NCBI GenBank assembly: GCA_963766605.1
Contig: CAVYAT010000002.1
Coordinates: forward strand, 131,439-163,438
Length of the DNA: 32,000 bases
DNA from: an uncultured Actinomycetes bacterium
GTDB taxonomy: Bacteria; Actinomycetota; Thermoleophilia; Solirubrobacterales; Solirubrobacteraceae
Reading direction: 5' to 3'
Shown here: one piece after another, positions 16,603 to 24,873 of the stretch
How the letters are laid out: every line of letters begins with the position of its first letter
Position numbering within the stretch: the first letter of the stretch is position 1
Notes under the pieces: model-generated
What the model was told of the DNA's origin: nothing
Seen by the model: only the letters and a program-made list of their open reading frames with translations
The model's database searches: none
Program-made: the position numbers and the translations under genes

Positions 16603-16633
16603 GGGTGGGTGCGCGTTTGCCGCGTGCCCACCC
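16603..16633 (+). terminator. 13-bp stem hairpin between two membrane-protein genes
   Basis: GGGTGGGTGCGCG (16603-16615), loop TTTGC, CGCGTGCCCACCC (16621-16633): 11 Watson-Crick pairs plus 2 G-U pairs. It begins 17 nt after the stop at 16584-16586 and is followed by GAAGGGA and the next start. No U-tract. Confidence 0.55.
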
Positions 16634-16648
16634 GCGAAGGGACTGACT

Positions 16649-17899
16649 GTGATGGCGTCGACATCGGGGACTGACGACCACTCCAACGAGTCGGACGAGG
16701 CGCCGACCAAGGTCGCCGCTCCCGAGAAGACCCCACTGCCGCCGATCGGCCGCGGGCGCCGGATCCTCGTCCAGGCCATCATCTGGGTCACGACGCTGCT
16801 GGCGGTCGTGGCGATCTTCTCGATCTGGGCCAACCGCCAGATCTTCAACCCCAACAACTGGGCGACCACGAGTTCGCGGTTGTTGCAGGATCCGAAGATC
16901 CGGGCGGCGACGGCGAGTTATCTCGTCGATCAGCTCTACCAGAATGTCGATGTCGCCAAGGAACTCCAGCAACGGCTCCCCAAGAACCTCCAGCCGGTCG
17001 CCCAGCCGTTGGCCGGCGTGTTGCAGAACGCCGCCGTGACGGCCGCCAACCGGGCGCTGGCCAATGGCAAGGTGCAACTCGTGTGGAGGCAGGCCAATCA
17101 CGCCGCCGACCAGACCCTGGTTTCCATCGTGAACGGCGGCAAGGGGGCGGTGAACTCCAACAATGGCGTCGTCGTGCTCGACCTCAGCGGGATCATCAAG
17201 AGCATCACCGATCGCCTCGGCCTGCCCGACGTCAGCGGCAAGCTGCCGCCCAACGTCGCCCACCTGACGATCCTCAAGTCCGACCAGCTCGAACTGGTCC
17301 AAAACGGCGGCAAGGCGATCAAGGGCCTCGCGCTGGCGCTGACGATCCTCGTTCCGCTGCTCTACGCGCTCGCGCTGCTCCTCGCCCGCGGCCGCCGCCG
17401 CAAGACGCTGCTCACGATCGGCATCGCGGCGGTCGCGGCCGGCGTCGTCGTGCTCGCCGGCCGTTCGGTGATCGAGACCCAGACCATCAACTCGCTCGTC
17501 AAGAACGACGCGAACATCCCGGCGGCCAAGGCCGTGATGTCGATCGCGACATCGATGCTGAGCGAGATCGCCGGGGCGTTCGTGATCATCGGCGTCCCCC
17601 TGATCCTCGCCGCCTGGTTTGCCGGGCCGTCGCGTCTGGCCACCCGCGGGCGCAGGCTCGTCGCACCAGTGCTCGCCGACGAGCCGCTGTGGGCGTTCGG
17701 GTTCGTCGCGCTGATCATGGTCCTGATCTTCATCTGGCGCCCGATCCCGTCGACCGGCAAGATCGCGGGCATGATCGTCTACTTCGCCCTGGCGATGATC
17801 GGCACCGAGGTGCTCAGACGCCAGTGCGCGGAGGAGTTCCCCGACGCCCACCTGCACGGCCACGACGACGACGACGCAGCGGCGCCGGCGCCCGCCTAG
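16649..17899 (+). CDS. Integral membrane protein, unknown function
   Basis: 416 aa. After an acidic N-terminus comes one TM span (ILVQAIIWVTTLLAVVAIFSIW). An ~190-aa extracytoplasmic-looking domain follows, then at least 5 hydrophobic spans and a His/Asp-rich tail (HLHGHDDDD). Confidence 0.75.
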   Translation: MMASTSGTDDHSNESDEAPTKVAAPEKTPLPPIGRGRRILVQAIIWVTTLLAVVAIFSIWANRQIFNPNNWATTSSRLLQDPKIRAATASYLVDQLYQNVDVAKELQQRLPKNLQPVAQPLAGVLQNAAVTAANRALANGKVQLVWRQANHAADQTLVSIVNGGKGAVNSNNGVVVLDLSGIIKSITDRLGLPDVSGKLPPNVAHLTILKSDQLELVQNGGKAIKGLALALTILVPLLYALALLLARGRRRKTLLTIGIAAVAAGVVVLAGRSVIETQTINSLVKNDANIPAAKAVMSIATSMLSEIAGAFVIIGVPLILAAWFAGPSRLATRGRRLVAPVLADEPLWAFGFVALIMVLIFIWRPIPSTGKIAGMIVYFALAMIGTEVLRRQCAEEFPDAHLHGHDDDDAAAPAPA

Positions 17900-19326
17900 A
17901 CCCCGGTCAGCGCCTCGATCCGGCCCGACTCGACGGCCGCCGTCATCAGCGCGTAGTCGCGCTCGTTCTGGTCGGCGTAGGCCTCGGCGAATGTCGCCAT
18001 GGCGCGCTCGAACGCGTCGCCGCGCCCGAGGTAGGCCGAGATCGCGATCCGGTCTCCGGCGCGCGCGTGGGCGCGCGCCAGTGTGTGCCCGCACAGTTCG
18101 CCGTAGCCGCGCATCAGCTTGGCGCTCATCGAATCGACGTCGGCCGAGCCCTTGTTGTCCCACAGCTGGCGCACGTAATAGTCGCGAGCGACGCCGTCGA
18201 AGCCGGTGACGCGCAGCCACCCGAGCATGATGTCGCTCGCGCCCTGCATCAGTCTCTGGCCCTCGACCACGCGCTGCCCGTGGGTGTCGAATTCGCTTCC
18301 GCTGACGAACGGCTCCAGCACCGATGCCTCGGCCTCTTTGAATTGCAGGAACAGCGGGTCCTCGCCGTCGCGTCCGAGCAGCAGCAGGATCCACGCGCGC
18401 GTGCCGACGCTGCCGACGCCGACGACCTTGCGCGCGGCATCGACCGACCGGAAGCGCTGCAACAGGCGCCGCCGGTCCCCGACCAGCGTCGCCTCGTAGG
18501 AGCGCACCATCGACGCGGCGAGCTCGTCGAGCTGCGTCTGCTGGTGATCCTCGAGCATGTCGCGGACGCGGATGATGACCGGCGGATCGTTGACGATCTG
18601 CGCCTCGCCGTCGACGACCCTCGTCAGCTTGGCGAACGCGCGCAGGTTGTCCTTGTGGCGCGTCTTGTCGAGGTTGCGCTCGGCGCGCGTGCGCTCCTTG
18701 TCGTTGAGCAGCGGCGCGATGTTGCTGAACAGGTCGTCGAGGTCGATGCGCGAGTACCACACGTCGAGCTCGCCCATCTCGGCGTACTCGCCCATCGCCT
18801 CGCGATAGCTGCGCGCGACCGTGCGGTTGATGTCCTCGCGATCGGAGGCATCAAAACCCCGGCTGCGTCCGGCGACGGCAAAGCTCGCCACGAGGCGCTT
18901 GACGTCCCACTCGAATGGGCCCGGGAGCGTCTCGTCGAAATCGTTGACGTCGAACACGAGCCGGCGGTCGGGGGCCGCGTACGCGCCGAAGTTCGACAGG
19001 TGCGCGTCGCCGCACAGCTGCGTACGCAGGCCCGTGTTGGGCATCGTCGCCAGGTCGGCCGCCATCAGGTACGCGGCGCCGCGGTAGAACGTGAAGGGCG
19101 AGACGAGCATCCGCCCGTAGCGCAGCGGTACGAGGTCGGGGACGCGGCTCGCCGCCTGCTCCTCGAGCAGTTCGACCGGGTCGCGACGGTCCGCCGGCGG
19201 CTCCCACTTCGCGTGCGAGCGGCGTGGCACTGCCGCCCGCGCCGCTCGGCCCGCAGCGACGCGCTCGGAGACACTCGGGGAGCCGGAGCTCGCAACGACC
19301 GGCTCGGAGGCTGTGGCCATGACCAC
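17896..19326 (-). CDS. DUF2252 domain protein
   Basis: 476 aa: GRAARAAVPRRSHAKWEPPADRRDPVELLEEQAASRVPDLVPLRYGRMLVSPFTFYRGAAYLMAADLA...QLCGDAHLSNFG...DVNDFDETLPGPFEWDVKRL. This is the characteristic DUF2252 N-terminal pattern. Its stop overlaps the convergent upstream gene's stop. Confidence 0.8.
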   Translation of the reverse strand: MVMATASEPVVASSGSPSVSERVAAGRAARAAVPRRSHAKWEPPADRRDPVELLEEQAASRVPDLVPLRYGRMLVSPFTFYRGAAYLMAADLATMPNTGLRTQLCGDAHLSNFGAYAAPDRRLVFDVNDFDETLPGPFEWDVKRLVASFAVAGRSRGFDASDREDINRTVARSYREAMGEYAEMGELDVWYSRIDLDDLFSNIAPLLNDKERTRAERNLDKTRHKDNLRAFAKLTRVVDGEAQIVNDPPVIIRVRDMLEDHQQTQLDELAASMVRSYEATLVGDRRRLLQRFRSVDAARKVVGVGSVGTRAWILLLLGRDGEDPLFLQFKEAEASVLEPFVSGSEFDTHGQRVVEGQRLMQGASDIMLGWLRVTGFDGVARDYYVRQLWDNKGSADVDSMSAKLMRGYGELCGHTLARAHARAGDRIAISAYLGRGDAFERAMATFAEAYADQNERDYALMTAAVESGRIEALTGV

Positions 19327-19362
19327 AGGCTAGCCCCTGGACGCGCTGCGCGTGCGTGGCCG

Positions 19363-20502
19363 ATGCCGCCGTCGTCAACCCGTAGCCTGGCCAGGGTGCC
19401 CGAACCGGTGCTGACGACCCGTGCGCTGAACCGCGCCCTGCTGGCGCGCCAGCTGCTGTTGCAGCGCGCGGGCATCACGGCCGCCGAGGCGCTGCGGCGG
19501 ATCGCCGGCATCCAGTCGCAGGTCCCGACGTCGGGCTACGTCGGCCTGTGGTCGCGAGTCGCGGGCTTCGACCACGGCGAGCTCGCGGGGCTGATCACCG
19601 ACCGCAGCGCGGTGCGGATCGCGCTGATGCGCAACACGGTCCACCTCGCGACGTCGGCCGACGCGCTGGCGTGGCGACCGGTCCTCCAGCCGGTACTCGA
19701 CCGCGCGATGCTGCCTGGGAGCCCGTGGGGCAAGCGGCTGGCCGGGGTTGACACGGCCGCGGTCGTCGAGGCCGGCCGCGCCCTGCTGGACGAGCAACCG
19801 CTGACCGTGGCGCAGCTCGACACGCACCTGAGCGAGCGCTGGCCCGGGATCCCCGACCAGGCGCTGGGCCAGGCGATCCGCAGCCTGCTCCCACTGGTGC
19901 AGGTCCCGCCGCGCGGCGTCTGGGGACAGGGCGGTCTCGCCCGTTGCCAGACGATCGAGACGTGGCTCGGCGCCCCGATGGGCGCCGGCACCGAGCCCGA
20001 CGAGCTCGTGCGGCGCTACCTCGCCGCGTTCGGGCCGGCGACCGTCATGGACGTCCAGGCGTGGTCGGGGCTGACGCGGCTCGGTGACATCGTCGAGCGG
20101 ATGCGCCCACGGCCGGCGCGCCTGCGTGATGAGGAGGCTCGCGAACTCCTGGACCTGCCGCGTGCGTCGCGCCCCGATCCGAAGACCCCCGCGCCGCCGC
20201 GCTTCCTGCCCGAGTTCGACAACGTGATCGTCGCCTACGCCGACCGTTCGCGGGTCATCCCGGCCGAACACCACGAAACGGTGATCGCCGCGCTCGGGCG
20301 CCCGATGCTGCTCGTCGACGGCATGGTGCGCGGGTTCTGGAAGACGACCCGCGCCAGGGGCACCGCGACCCTTGCGATCGAGACGTTGCGCCCCCTGTCC
20401 AAGCGCGACGCCGCCGCGGTGCGGGCTGAGGGCCGGCGCCTGCTCGCGTTCGTCGCCGCGGCCGGCCGGCCTGAAGTCCGCATCCGCGATCTTCAGTCGT
20501 GA
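19363..20502 (+). CDS. Winged-helix DNA-binding domain protein of the AlkZ/YcaQ (DUF1006) DNA glycosylase family
   Basis: This is the real coding part of the 1139-aa track ORF 17083..20502. The start is ATG 19363 or GTG 19396. Sequence: LTTRALNRALLARQLLLQRA...AEALRRIAGIQSQVPTSGYVGLWSRV...VRIALMRNTVHL...LVRRYLAAFGPATVMDVQAWSGL...RFLPEFDNVIVAY...LLVDGMVRGFWK. Confidence 0.8.
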   Translation: MPPSSTRSLARVPEPVLTTRALNRALLARQLLLQRAGITAAEALRRIAGIQSQVPTSGYVGLWSRVAGFDHGELAGLITDRSAVRIALMRNTVHLATSADALAWRPVLQPVLDRAMLPGSPWGKRLAGVDTAAVVEAGRALLDEQPLTVAQLDTHLSERWPGIPDQALGQAIRSLLPLVQVPPRGVWGQGGLARCQTIETWLGAPMGAGTEPDELVRRYLAAFGPATVMDVQAWSGLTRLGDIVERMRPRPARLRDEEARELLDLPRASRPDPKTPAPPRFLPEFDNVIVAYADRSRVIPAEHHETVIAALGRPMLLVDGMVRGFWKTTRARGTATLAIETLRPLSKRDAAAVRAEGRRLLAFVAAAGRPEVRIRDLQS

Positions 20503-21116
20503 CGCACGGCCGACACGCCGAGCGCGCCCCCGAAGCCGATCAGCCCCGCGCCGGCGACGCCGTCGGCGATTCGCAGCGCCCGCGGCCCCGCCGCGCGGCG
20601 GGCCAGCGCGATGCCGGCCGCGAGCACCGTCACCCACAGGAGGCTGCCGGCGCCGACGCCGGCCACGAGCAGCGCCGCGGCGGTCGTCGTCTTCGCCGCC
20701 CCGGCGGCGCTGGCGCCGGCGAAGATCGCCGCCCACGAGACGATCGTCGCCGGGTTGGACGCGGTCGCGCCGAGCGACGTGAGGAACGCCCGCCGGGGTC
20801 TGGCGACCGCGGCGGAGCCCTCGGCGCCGAGGCGGACCGCAAACGCGCTGTGGAGGCTGCGCGCGCCGAGGACGATCAGCGCGGCCGCGCCGACCAGCCC
20901 GAGGCCGAGTCGCAGCGGCGCGATGCTCAGCAGCGGCGCGACGCCCGCGGCGCCGCACGCGGCGTACAGGCCGTCAACGATCGCGATGCCGCAGCCGATC
21001 GCGAGCCCAACGGCAAAGCCGCCGCGCAGCGTGCTGCGAATCAAGAACAGCGACATCGGGCCGAGCTGGAGCGCGACGAGAAAACCGAGGCCCAATCCGA
21101 CGATCACGGGGTGCAC
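20493..21116 (-). CDS. LysE/RhtB family amino-acid exporter
   Basis: GTG 21116 gives 207 aa, the downstream part of ORF 20493..21359. Sequence: VIVGLGLGFLVALQLGPMSLFLIRSTLRGGFAVGLAIGCGIAIVDGLYA...FLTSLGATASNPATIVSWAAIF. It has five or six hydrophobic spans. It overlaps the convergent AlkZ-like gene by 10 nt. Confidence 0.8.
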   Translation of the reverse strand: MHPVIVGLGLGFLVALQLGPMSLFLIRSTLRGGFAVGLAIGCGIAIVDGLYAACGAAGVAPLLSIAPLRLGLGLVGAAALIVLGARSLHSAFAVRLGAEGSAAVARPRRAFLTSLGATASNPATIVSWAAIFAGASAAGAAKTTTAAALLVAGVGAGSLLWVTVLAAGIALARRAAGPRALRIADGVAGAGLIGFGGALGVSAVRHD

Positions 21117-21169
21117 ACGCCATAGTCTCGCCGACGACGCGGGCGGCCGGAGGTCCGCCTGCGCGCACC

Positions 21170-21175
21170 TATACT
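21170..21175 (+). promoter_or_regulatory. TATACT -10-like hexamer upstream of the bifunctional nuclease gene
   Basis: Read directly from the sequence (cacc-TATACT-gcg), ~57 nt upstream of TTG 21233. No convincing -35. Confidence 0.25.
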
Positions 21176-21232
21176 GCGATGACGCGGCGGTGTGCGCCGC
21201 GGGCTCGTGCGTGGAAACGAGGAGCAGCTGAA

Positions 21233-21721
21233 TTGCAGGAGATGGTGATCTACGGAGTGAGCTTCGACATGGTCGGCAAACAGCCGATCGTGCTGTTGAA
21301 GACCGTCGACTCCAACAAGTTCCTGCCGATCTGGATCGGTCATCCCGAGGCGGCCGCAATCCTGATGAAGCTCCAGGGCGCCTCGACGCCTCGCCCGATG
21401 ACCCACGACCTGCTCGTCGACGTTCTCGGCGAGCTCGAGGTCAAGTGCTCGCAGGTCGCGGTCACCGAGCTGCGAGACAACACCTTCTTCGCGACGATCA
21501 CGCTGTCGGTCAACGGTCGCGAAGTCGAGATCGACTCGCGCCCGTCCGACGCCCTGGCGCTGGCCGTGCGCTCCGGCGCGCCGATCTTCGCCGCCGAGGA
21601 CGTGATCGCCGAGTCGGCGATCGAGTTCGAGCACGAGGTCGAGGACACCGAGGAGGTCGTCGACCGCTTCAAGGCGTTCCTCGACGAGGTCACGCCCGAA
21701 GACTTCGCCGGCGACTCCTAG
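21233..21721 (+). CDS. Bifunctional nuclease (BFN/DUF151) family protein
   Basis: TTG 21233 has GAGGAG 8 nt upstream; ATG 21242 is the alternative. Sequence: VIYGVSFDMVGKQPIVLLKTVDSNKFLPIWIGHPEAAAILMKLQGASTPRPMTHDLL...FFATITL...EIDSRPSDALALAVRSGAPIF, with an acidic C-terminus. Confidence 0.85.
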   Translation: MQEMVIYGVSFDMVGKQPIVLLKTVDSNKFLPIWIGHPEAAAILMKLQGASTPRPMTHDLLVDVLGELEVKCSQVAVTELRDNTFFATITLSVNGREVEIDSRPSDALALAVRSGAPIFAAEDVIAESAIEFEHEVEDTEEVVDRFKAFLDEVTPEDFAGDS

Positions 21722-21729
21722 GCCACGAC

Positions 21730-21898
21730 ATGACCGATGCGCTGCCGAAGGCGTCGATGGCGATCGACTGGGGGATCGGCCGCTACGAGGACACCGCAGC
21801 ACAGCTCGCGCCGGCGGCCAGGAGGGCCTGCCGGCGCGGTTCGCGGCCGGCGACGCCGCGTCCCTGCCGGTCGGCGACGGTGAGGCCGACGCGCCGAT
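21730..21898 (+). pseudogene. Remnant of a SAM-dependent methyltransferase (two out-of-frame fragments, motif I missing, 3' end lost)
   Basis: From ATG 21730: MTDALPKASMAIDWGIGRYEDTAAQLAPAA, a typical methyltransferase N-terminus. From ~21834 in a different frame: ARFAAGDAASLPVGDGEADA, a post-motif-II pattern (compare RFALGSAEDLPVEAGRVDV in the intact methyltransferase at 4322..5122). No GxGxG segment lies between them. The sequence runs into the ddl 3' end. Confidence 0.4.
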
Positions 21899-22825
21899 CT
21901 ACGCCTGTGCGGCGGCGAGGATCCGCCCGACCAGCTCGTCGAAGCCGACCCCGGCCGCGTCGGCAGCCTGGGGCAGCAGCGATGTGTCGGTCATCCCCGG
22001 GACCGTGTTGACCTCGAGGACCCAGGGCTCGCCGGCGGTGTCGAGCATCAGATCGACGCGCGACAGCGAGCGGCAGCCCAGCAGGTCATGGACCGACAGC
22101 GCCAGCGACTGCACGCGCTGCGTCGTCGCCGCGTCGAGATCGGCCGGGCAGACGAAGTCGGTGCGCCCGATCTCGTATCGCGACTCGTACTCGTAGAAGT
22201 CCTCGTCGTGCGGGACCGCCTCGACGATCGGCAGCGCGACCCCGTCGAGGATTGACACCGCGAGGTCACGCCCATCGACATGGCGCTCGACGACAACCTT
22301 CTGGGAGTAGGAGAACGCGGCGACGAGCGCCGAAGGGACGTCGACCGCCGTGCGCGCGAACTTGATCCCGAGCGCCGACCCCTGGTCGGCCGGCTTGACG
22401 ACGAGCGGGAAGCCGAGCCGCTCCTCGATCGCCGGCAGCACGTCGGTCGCGCCGAGCTCCTTGAACGCCGTCTCGTTGAAGGCGAAGAAGTCCGGGGTCG
22501 GCACGCCGGCGTCGCGCAATGCGTGCTTGGTCACGACCTTGTCGGCGCAGCGCATGCACGCCGACACGCGCGAGCCGGTGTACGGGATACCGGCTATCTC
22601 GAGCAGCTCCTGGACCGTCCCGTCCTCGCCGTCGCGGCCGTGCAGGGCGATGAACGCGACGTCGGGCTTCTCGGCCCGCAGCCGCGCCACGAGGTCGTGC
22701 CCGACGTCGATCGCGATCACATCGTGGCCGAGCGCGTGGAGCGCCTCCTCAACGCGGTCACCCGACTGCAGCGACACCTGGCGTTCCAACGATCGGCCGC
22801 CCTTGAGGACGGCGACACGGCTCAT
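21899..22825 (-). CDS. ddl: D-alanine--D-alanine ligase
   Basis: ATG 22825 gives 308 aa, the downstream part of ORF 21899..23212. Sequence: VAVLKGGRSLERQVSLQSG...FIALHGRDGEDGTVQELLEIAGIPYTGS...CADKVVTKHAL...PLVVKPADQGSALGI...FYEYESRYEIGRTDFVCPA...SRVDLML...WVLEVNTVPGMTDTSLLP. The start overlaps the upstream stop as ATGA. Confidence 0.92.
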   Translation of the reverse strand: MSRVAVLKGGRSLERQVSLQSGDRVEEALHALGHDVIAIDVGHDLVARLRAEKPDVAFIALHGRDGEDGTVQELLEIAGIPYTGSRVSACMRCADKVVTKHALRDAGVPTPDFFAFNETAFKELGATDVLPAIEERLGFPLVVKPADQGSALGIKFARTAVDVPSALVAAFSYSQKVVVERHVDGRDLAVSILDGVALPIVEAVPHDEDFYEYESRYEIGRTDFVCPADLDAATTQRVQSLALSVHDLLGCRSLSRVDLMLDTAGEPWVLEVNTVPGMTDTSLLPQAADAAGVGFDELVGRILAAAQA

Positions 22826-24264
22826 CGAGCGCGGCGTTCGCCGCGGGAGCCATCCCGCCGCGGCAGCTGCAACACGTCCGCCAGCTCGGGATCGACGACG
22901 CGGTCCCCGCGGGCTCCCGGCTCGGGCTTGTCGACGGGCGGCGGAGTGACCGCGGCGTGGGTCAGCGTCCCGTACAGGCCGACCTGCTCGCGCACGACCT
23001 CGCCGATCCGGCGGATGCCCTCGCGGATCTCCTGATCGCCGACGCCGGAGAAGTTGAGCCGCATCGACGACCCGCCGCGGCCGTCGAGGTAGGCGCCGCG
23101 CCCAGGCACGAACGCGACATGGCGCTGCAACGCGCGGGCCAGCAGGTCGGTCGTGTCGATGTAGTCGGGCAGCGTCGCCCAGATGAACAGCCCGCCCTGC
23201 GGATGGGTCCACGTCGCCTCACGCGGGAAGTGCTCGGCGAGAGCGTCGAGCATCGTGTCGCGCCGCCGGCGGTACACGTCGCGCAGCGAATACACGTAGT
23301 CCTGCCAGCGGCCGTGCTCGAAGTAGGCGCTGACGAACAGCTGGCTCAGCGACGACGAGCACAGGTCGGCGCCCTGCTTGCCGAGGTTCATCTTCGCCAT
23401 CACCGGCCGTGGCCCGGCCGCCCAGCCGACGCGGATGCCCGGCGACAGGATCTTCGAAAAGGTGCCGAGGTAGACGACGAACTCGCCGCCCTCCAGCGAG
23501 CGGATCGTCGGCAGCGGGTCGCCCTCGTACCGCAGTAGCCCGTACGGGTTGTCCTCGAGCACAAGCAGCTCGCGCTCGCGCGCCACCTCGACGAGCCGCT
23601 GGCGCCGCGGCAGCGACATCGTCACGCCGCCGGGGTTCTGGAAGTTGGGGATCGTGTAGACGAACTTCGGGCGCCGGCCGTCGCGGTCGAGCTGCTCGAG
23701 GGTCGCCTCGAGCTCGTCGATCCGCATCCCGTCGGCGTCCATCTCGATCTGGATCACGTCGGCCTCGTAGGCGGCGAACGTCGGCACCGCGCCCGGGTAG
23801 GTCGGCGCCTCGGCGATGATCACGTCGCCCGGGTCGATGAACGTCTTGCACATCAGGTCGATGACCTGCTGGCCGCCGGTCGTGATCAGCAGGTGTTCGG
23901 GATCGACCGGGGTACCCTCCTCGGCCATCACCGCCGCAATGCACTCGGCGGTCGACGCCATCCCGTCGGTCGGTCCGTACTGCAGCGCCTTGGCGCCCGA
24001 CGTCGTCGCGACGCTGGCCAGGATCTCGGCGAGCTGCCCGGGCGGGAATGTCGAGGTGTCCGGCAGGCCGCCGGCGAGCGAAATCACCTCCGGGCGTTCG
24101 GTGATCGCCATCATGTCGCGCATCGCCGAGGACTTCATCGCGCGGGTGCGCGCGGCGAACAGGCCGGCGTAGCGCTCCAGGTCGCGCGCGGCCGTGCGCG
24201 ACGGGCGTCGATCCATCGGTCGTGCTTCGCCGCCCGGCCCCAAAGGCCTGTCGTCGTTCATCAT
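22822..24264 (-). CDS. PLP-dependent aminotransferase (class I/II; 2-aminoadipate/MocR-type catalytic domain)
   Basis: 480-aa ORF; an alternative Met lies 16 codons in. Sequence: MKSSAMRDMM...ISLAGGLPD...LQYGPTDGM...ITTGGQQVIDL...VIIAEAPTYPGA...VYTIPNFQNPGGVTMS...LVLEDNPYG...YLGTFSKILSPGIRVGW (PLP lysine)...RLNFS. Confidence 0.9.
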   Translation of the reverse strand: MMNDDRPLGPGGEARPMDRRPSRTAARDLERYAGLFAARTRAMKSSAMRDMMAITERPEVISLAGGLPDTSTFPPGQLAEILASVATTSGAKALQYGPTDGMASTAECIAAVMAEEGTPVDPEHLLITTGGQQVIDLMCKTFIDPGDVIIAEAPTYPGAVPTFAAYEADVIQIEMDADGMRIDELEATLEQLDRDGRRPKFVYTIPNFQNPGGVTMSLPRRQRLVEVARERELLVLEDNPYGLLRYEGDPLPTIRSLEGGEFVVYLGTFSKILSPGIRVGWAAGPRPVMAKMNLGKQGADLCSSSLSQLFVSAYFEHGRWQDYVYSLRDVYRRRRDTMLDALAEHFPREATWTHPQGGLFIWATLPDYIDTTDLLARALQRHVAFVPGRGAYLDGRGGSSMRLNFSGVGDQEIREGIRRIGEVVREQVGLYGTLTHAAVTPPPVDKPEPGARGDRVVDPELADVLQLPRRDGSRGERRAR

Positions 24265-24290
24265 GCGCCGTCAACCGTACCGAAGCCGCG

Positions 24291-24863
24291 ATGCAGCTCG
24301 TTCTCGATATCTGTCAAGCCGCCGGCCTGGGCGCCGCATGCGGCATCAGTCCGTTCCTGCCGGTGCTCGTCGCCGGCGGTCTGGCGAAGGCGAATTTCGG
24401 CGTCGATTTCGAGCACACCTCGTACGCGTTCCTGGAGAGCTCGTGGTTCCTGCTCGCGATCACGGTCGCGTTCGTGGTCACGACGCTGCTGCGCGGCTAT
24501 GTCAAGGGCACGACCGCCGACGCGCTGGCGACGGTCGGCGTCGCGCTCGGCGTGCTGGAGGGCGCCGGCACGATGGCCGACCACCATCACAGCGCGGTGA
24601 TCGGCGGCGTCATCGCCGGGCTCTGCGCGATCCTCGCCGCGGTGGCGACGCGCGACCTGCTCATCCGCGTTCGCGCCCGCCTCGACGAGAAGGCCGGCGC
24701 GGCGCTGATCCTCTACGCGTACGGCGCGTCGCTGCTCGTCGCGCTGGCGGCGATCCTGGCGCCGCCGCTGTCGATCGCCGTGATCGCCTTCCTGATCTGG
24801 CTGCTGATCGGCGGACGGCGGCGTTCTCAAGAGAAGTACGCCGGGCTGCGCAGCCTGCGGTAG
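24291..24863 (+). CDS. DUF4126 family membrane protein
   Basis: ATG 24291 gives 190 aa, the downstream part of ORF 24222..24863. Sequence: MQLVLDICQAAGLGAACGISPFLPVLVAGGLA..., with 4-5 hydrophobic spans. Confidence 0.75.
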   Translation: MQLVLDICQAAGLGAACGISPFLPVLVAGGLAKANFGVDFEHTSYAFLESSWFLLAITVAFVVTTLLRGYVKGTTADALATVGVALGVLEGAGTMADHHHSAVIGGVIAGLCAILAAVATRDLLIRVRARLDEKAGAALILYAYGASLLVALAAILAPPLSIAVIAFLIWLLIGGRRRSQEKYAGLRSLR

Positions 24864-24873
24864 TGATCTCGCC

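Noticed and set aside
16547-18760. 737-aa minus-strand ORF
   Set aside because: Extreme Arg/Asp/Gly/Ala composition with no recognisable motif. It is antisense to the well-behaved membrane protein gene and off-frame within DUF2252.
17083-20502. 1139-aa plus-strand ORF, the longest in the track
   Set aside because: Only the last ~380 aa (from ~19363) look like a real protein (AlkZ/YcaQ-like). The upstream ~760 aa are Arg/Pro/Ala/Gly-rich low-complexity sequence. They run off-frame over the 16649..17899 membrane gene and antisense to DUF2252. This is a stop-poor alternative frame of high-GC DNA.
21899-22825. Possibility that the ligase is a Van-type D-Ala-D-Lac/Ser resistance ligase
   Set aside because: No vanH, vanX or vanRS-like genes are adjacent. 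The sequence carries ordinary Ddl motifs, and I cannot see anything specific to Van ligases by eye.
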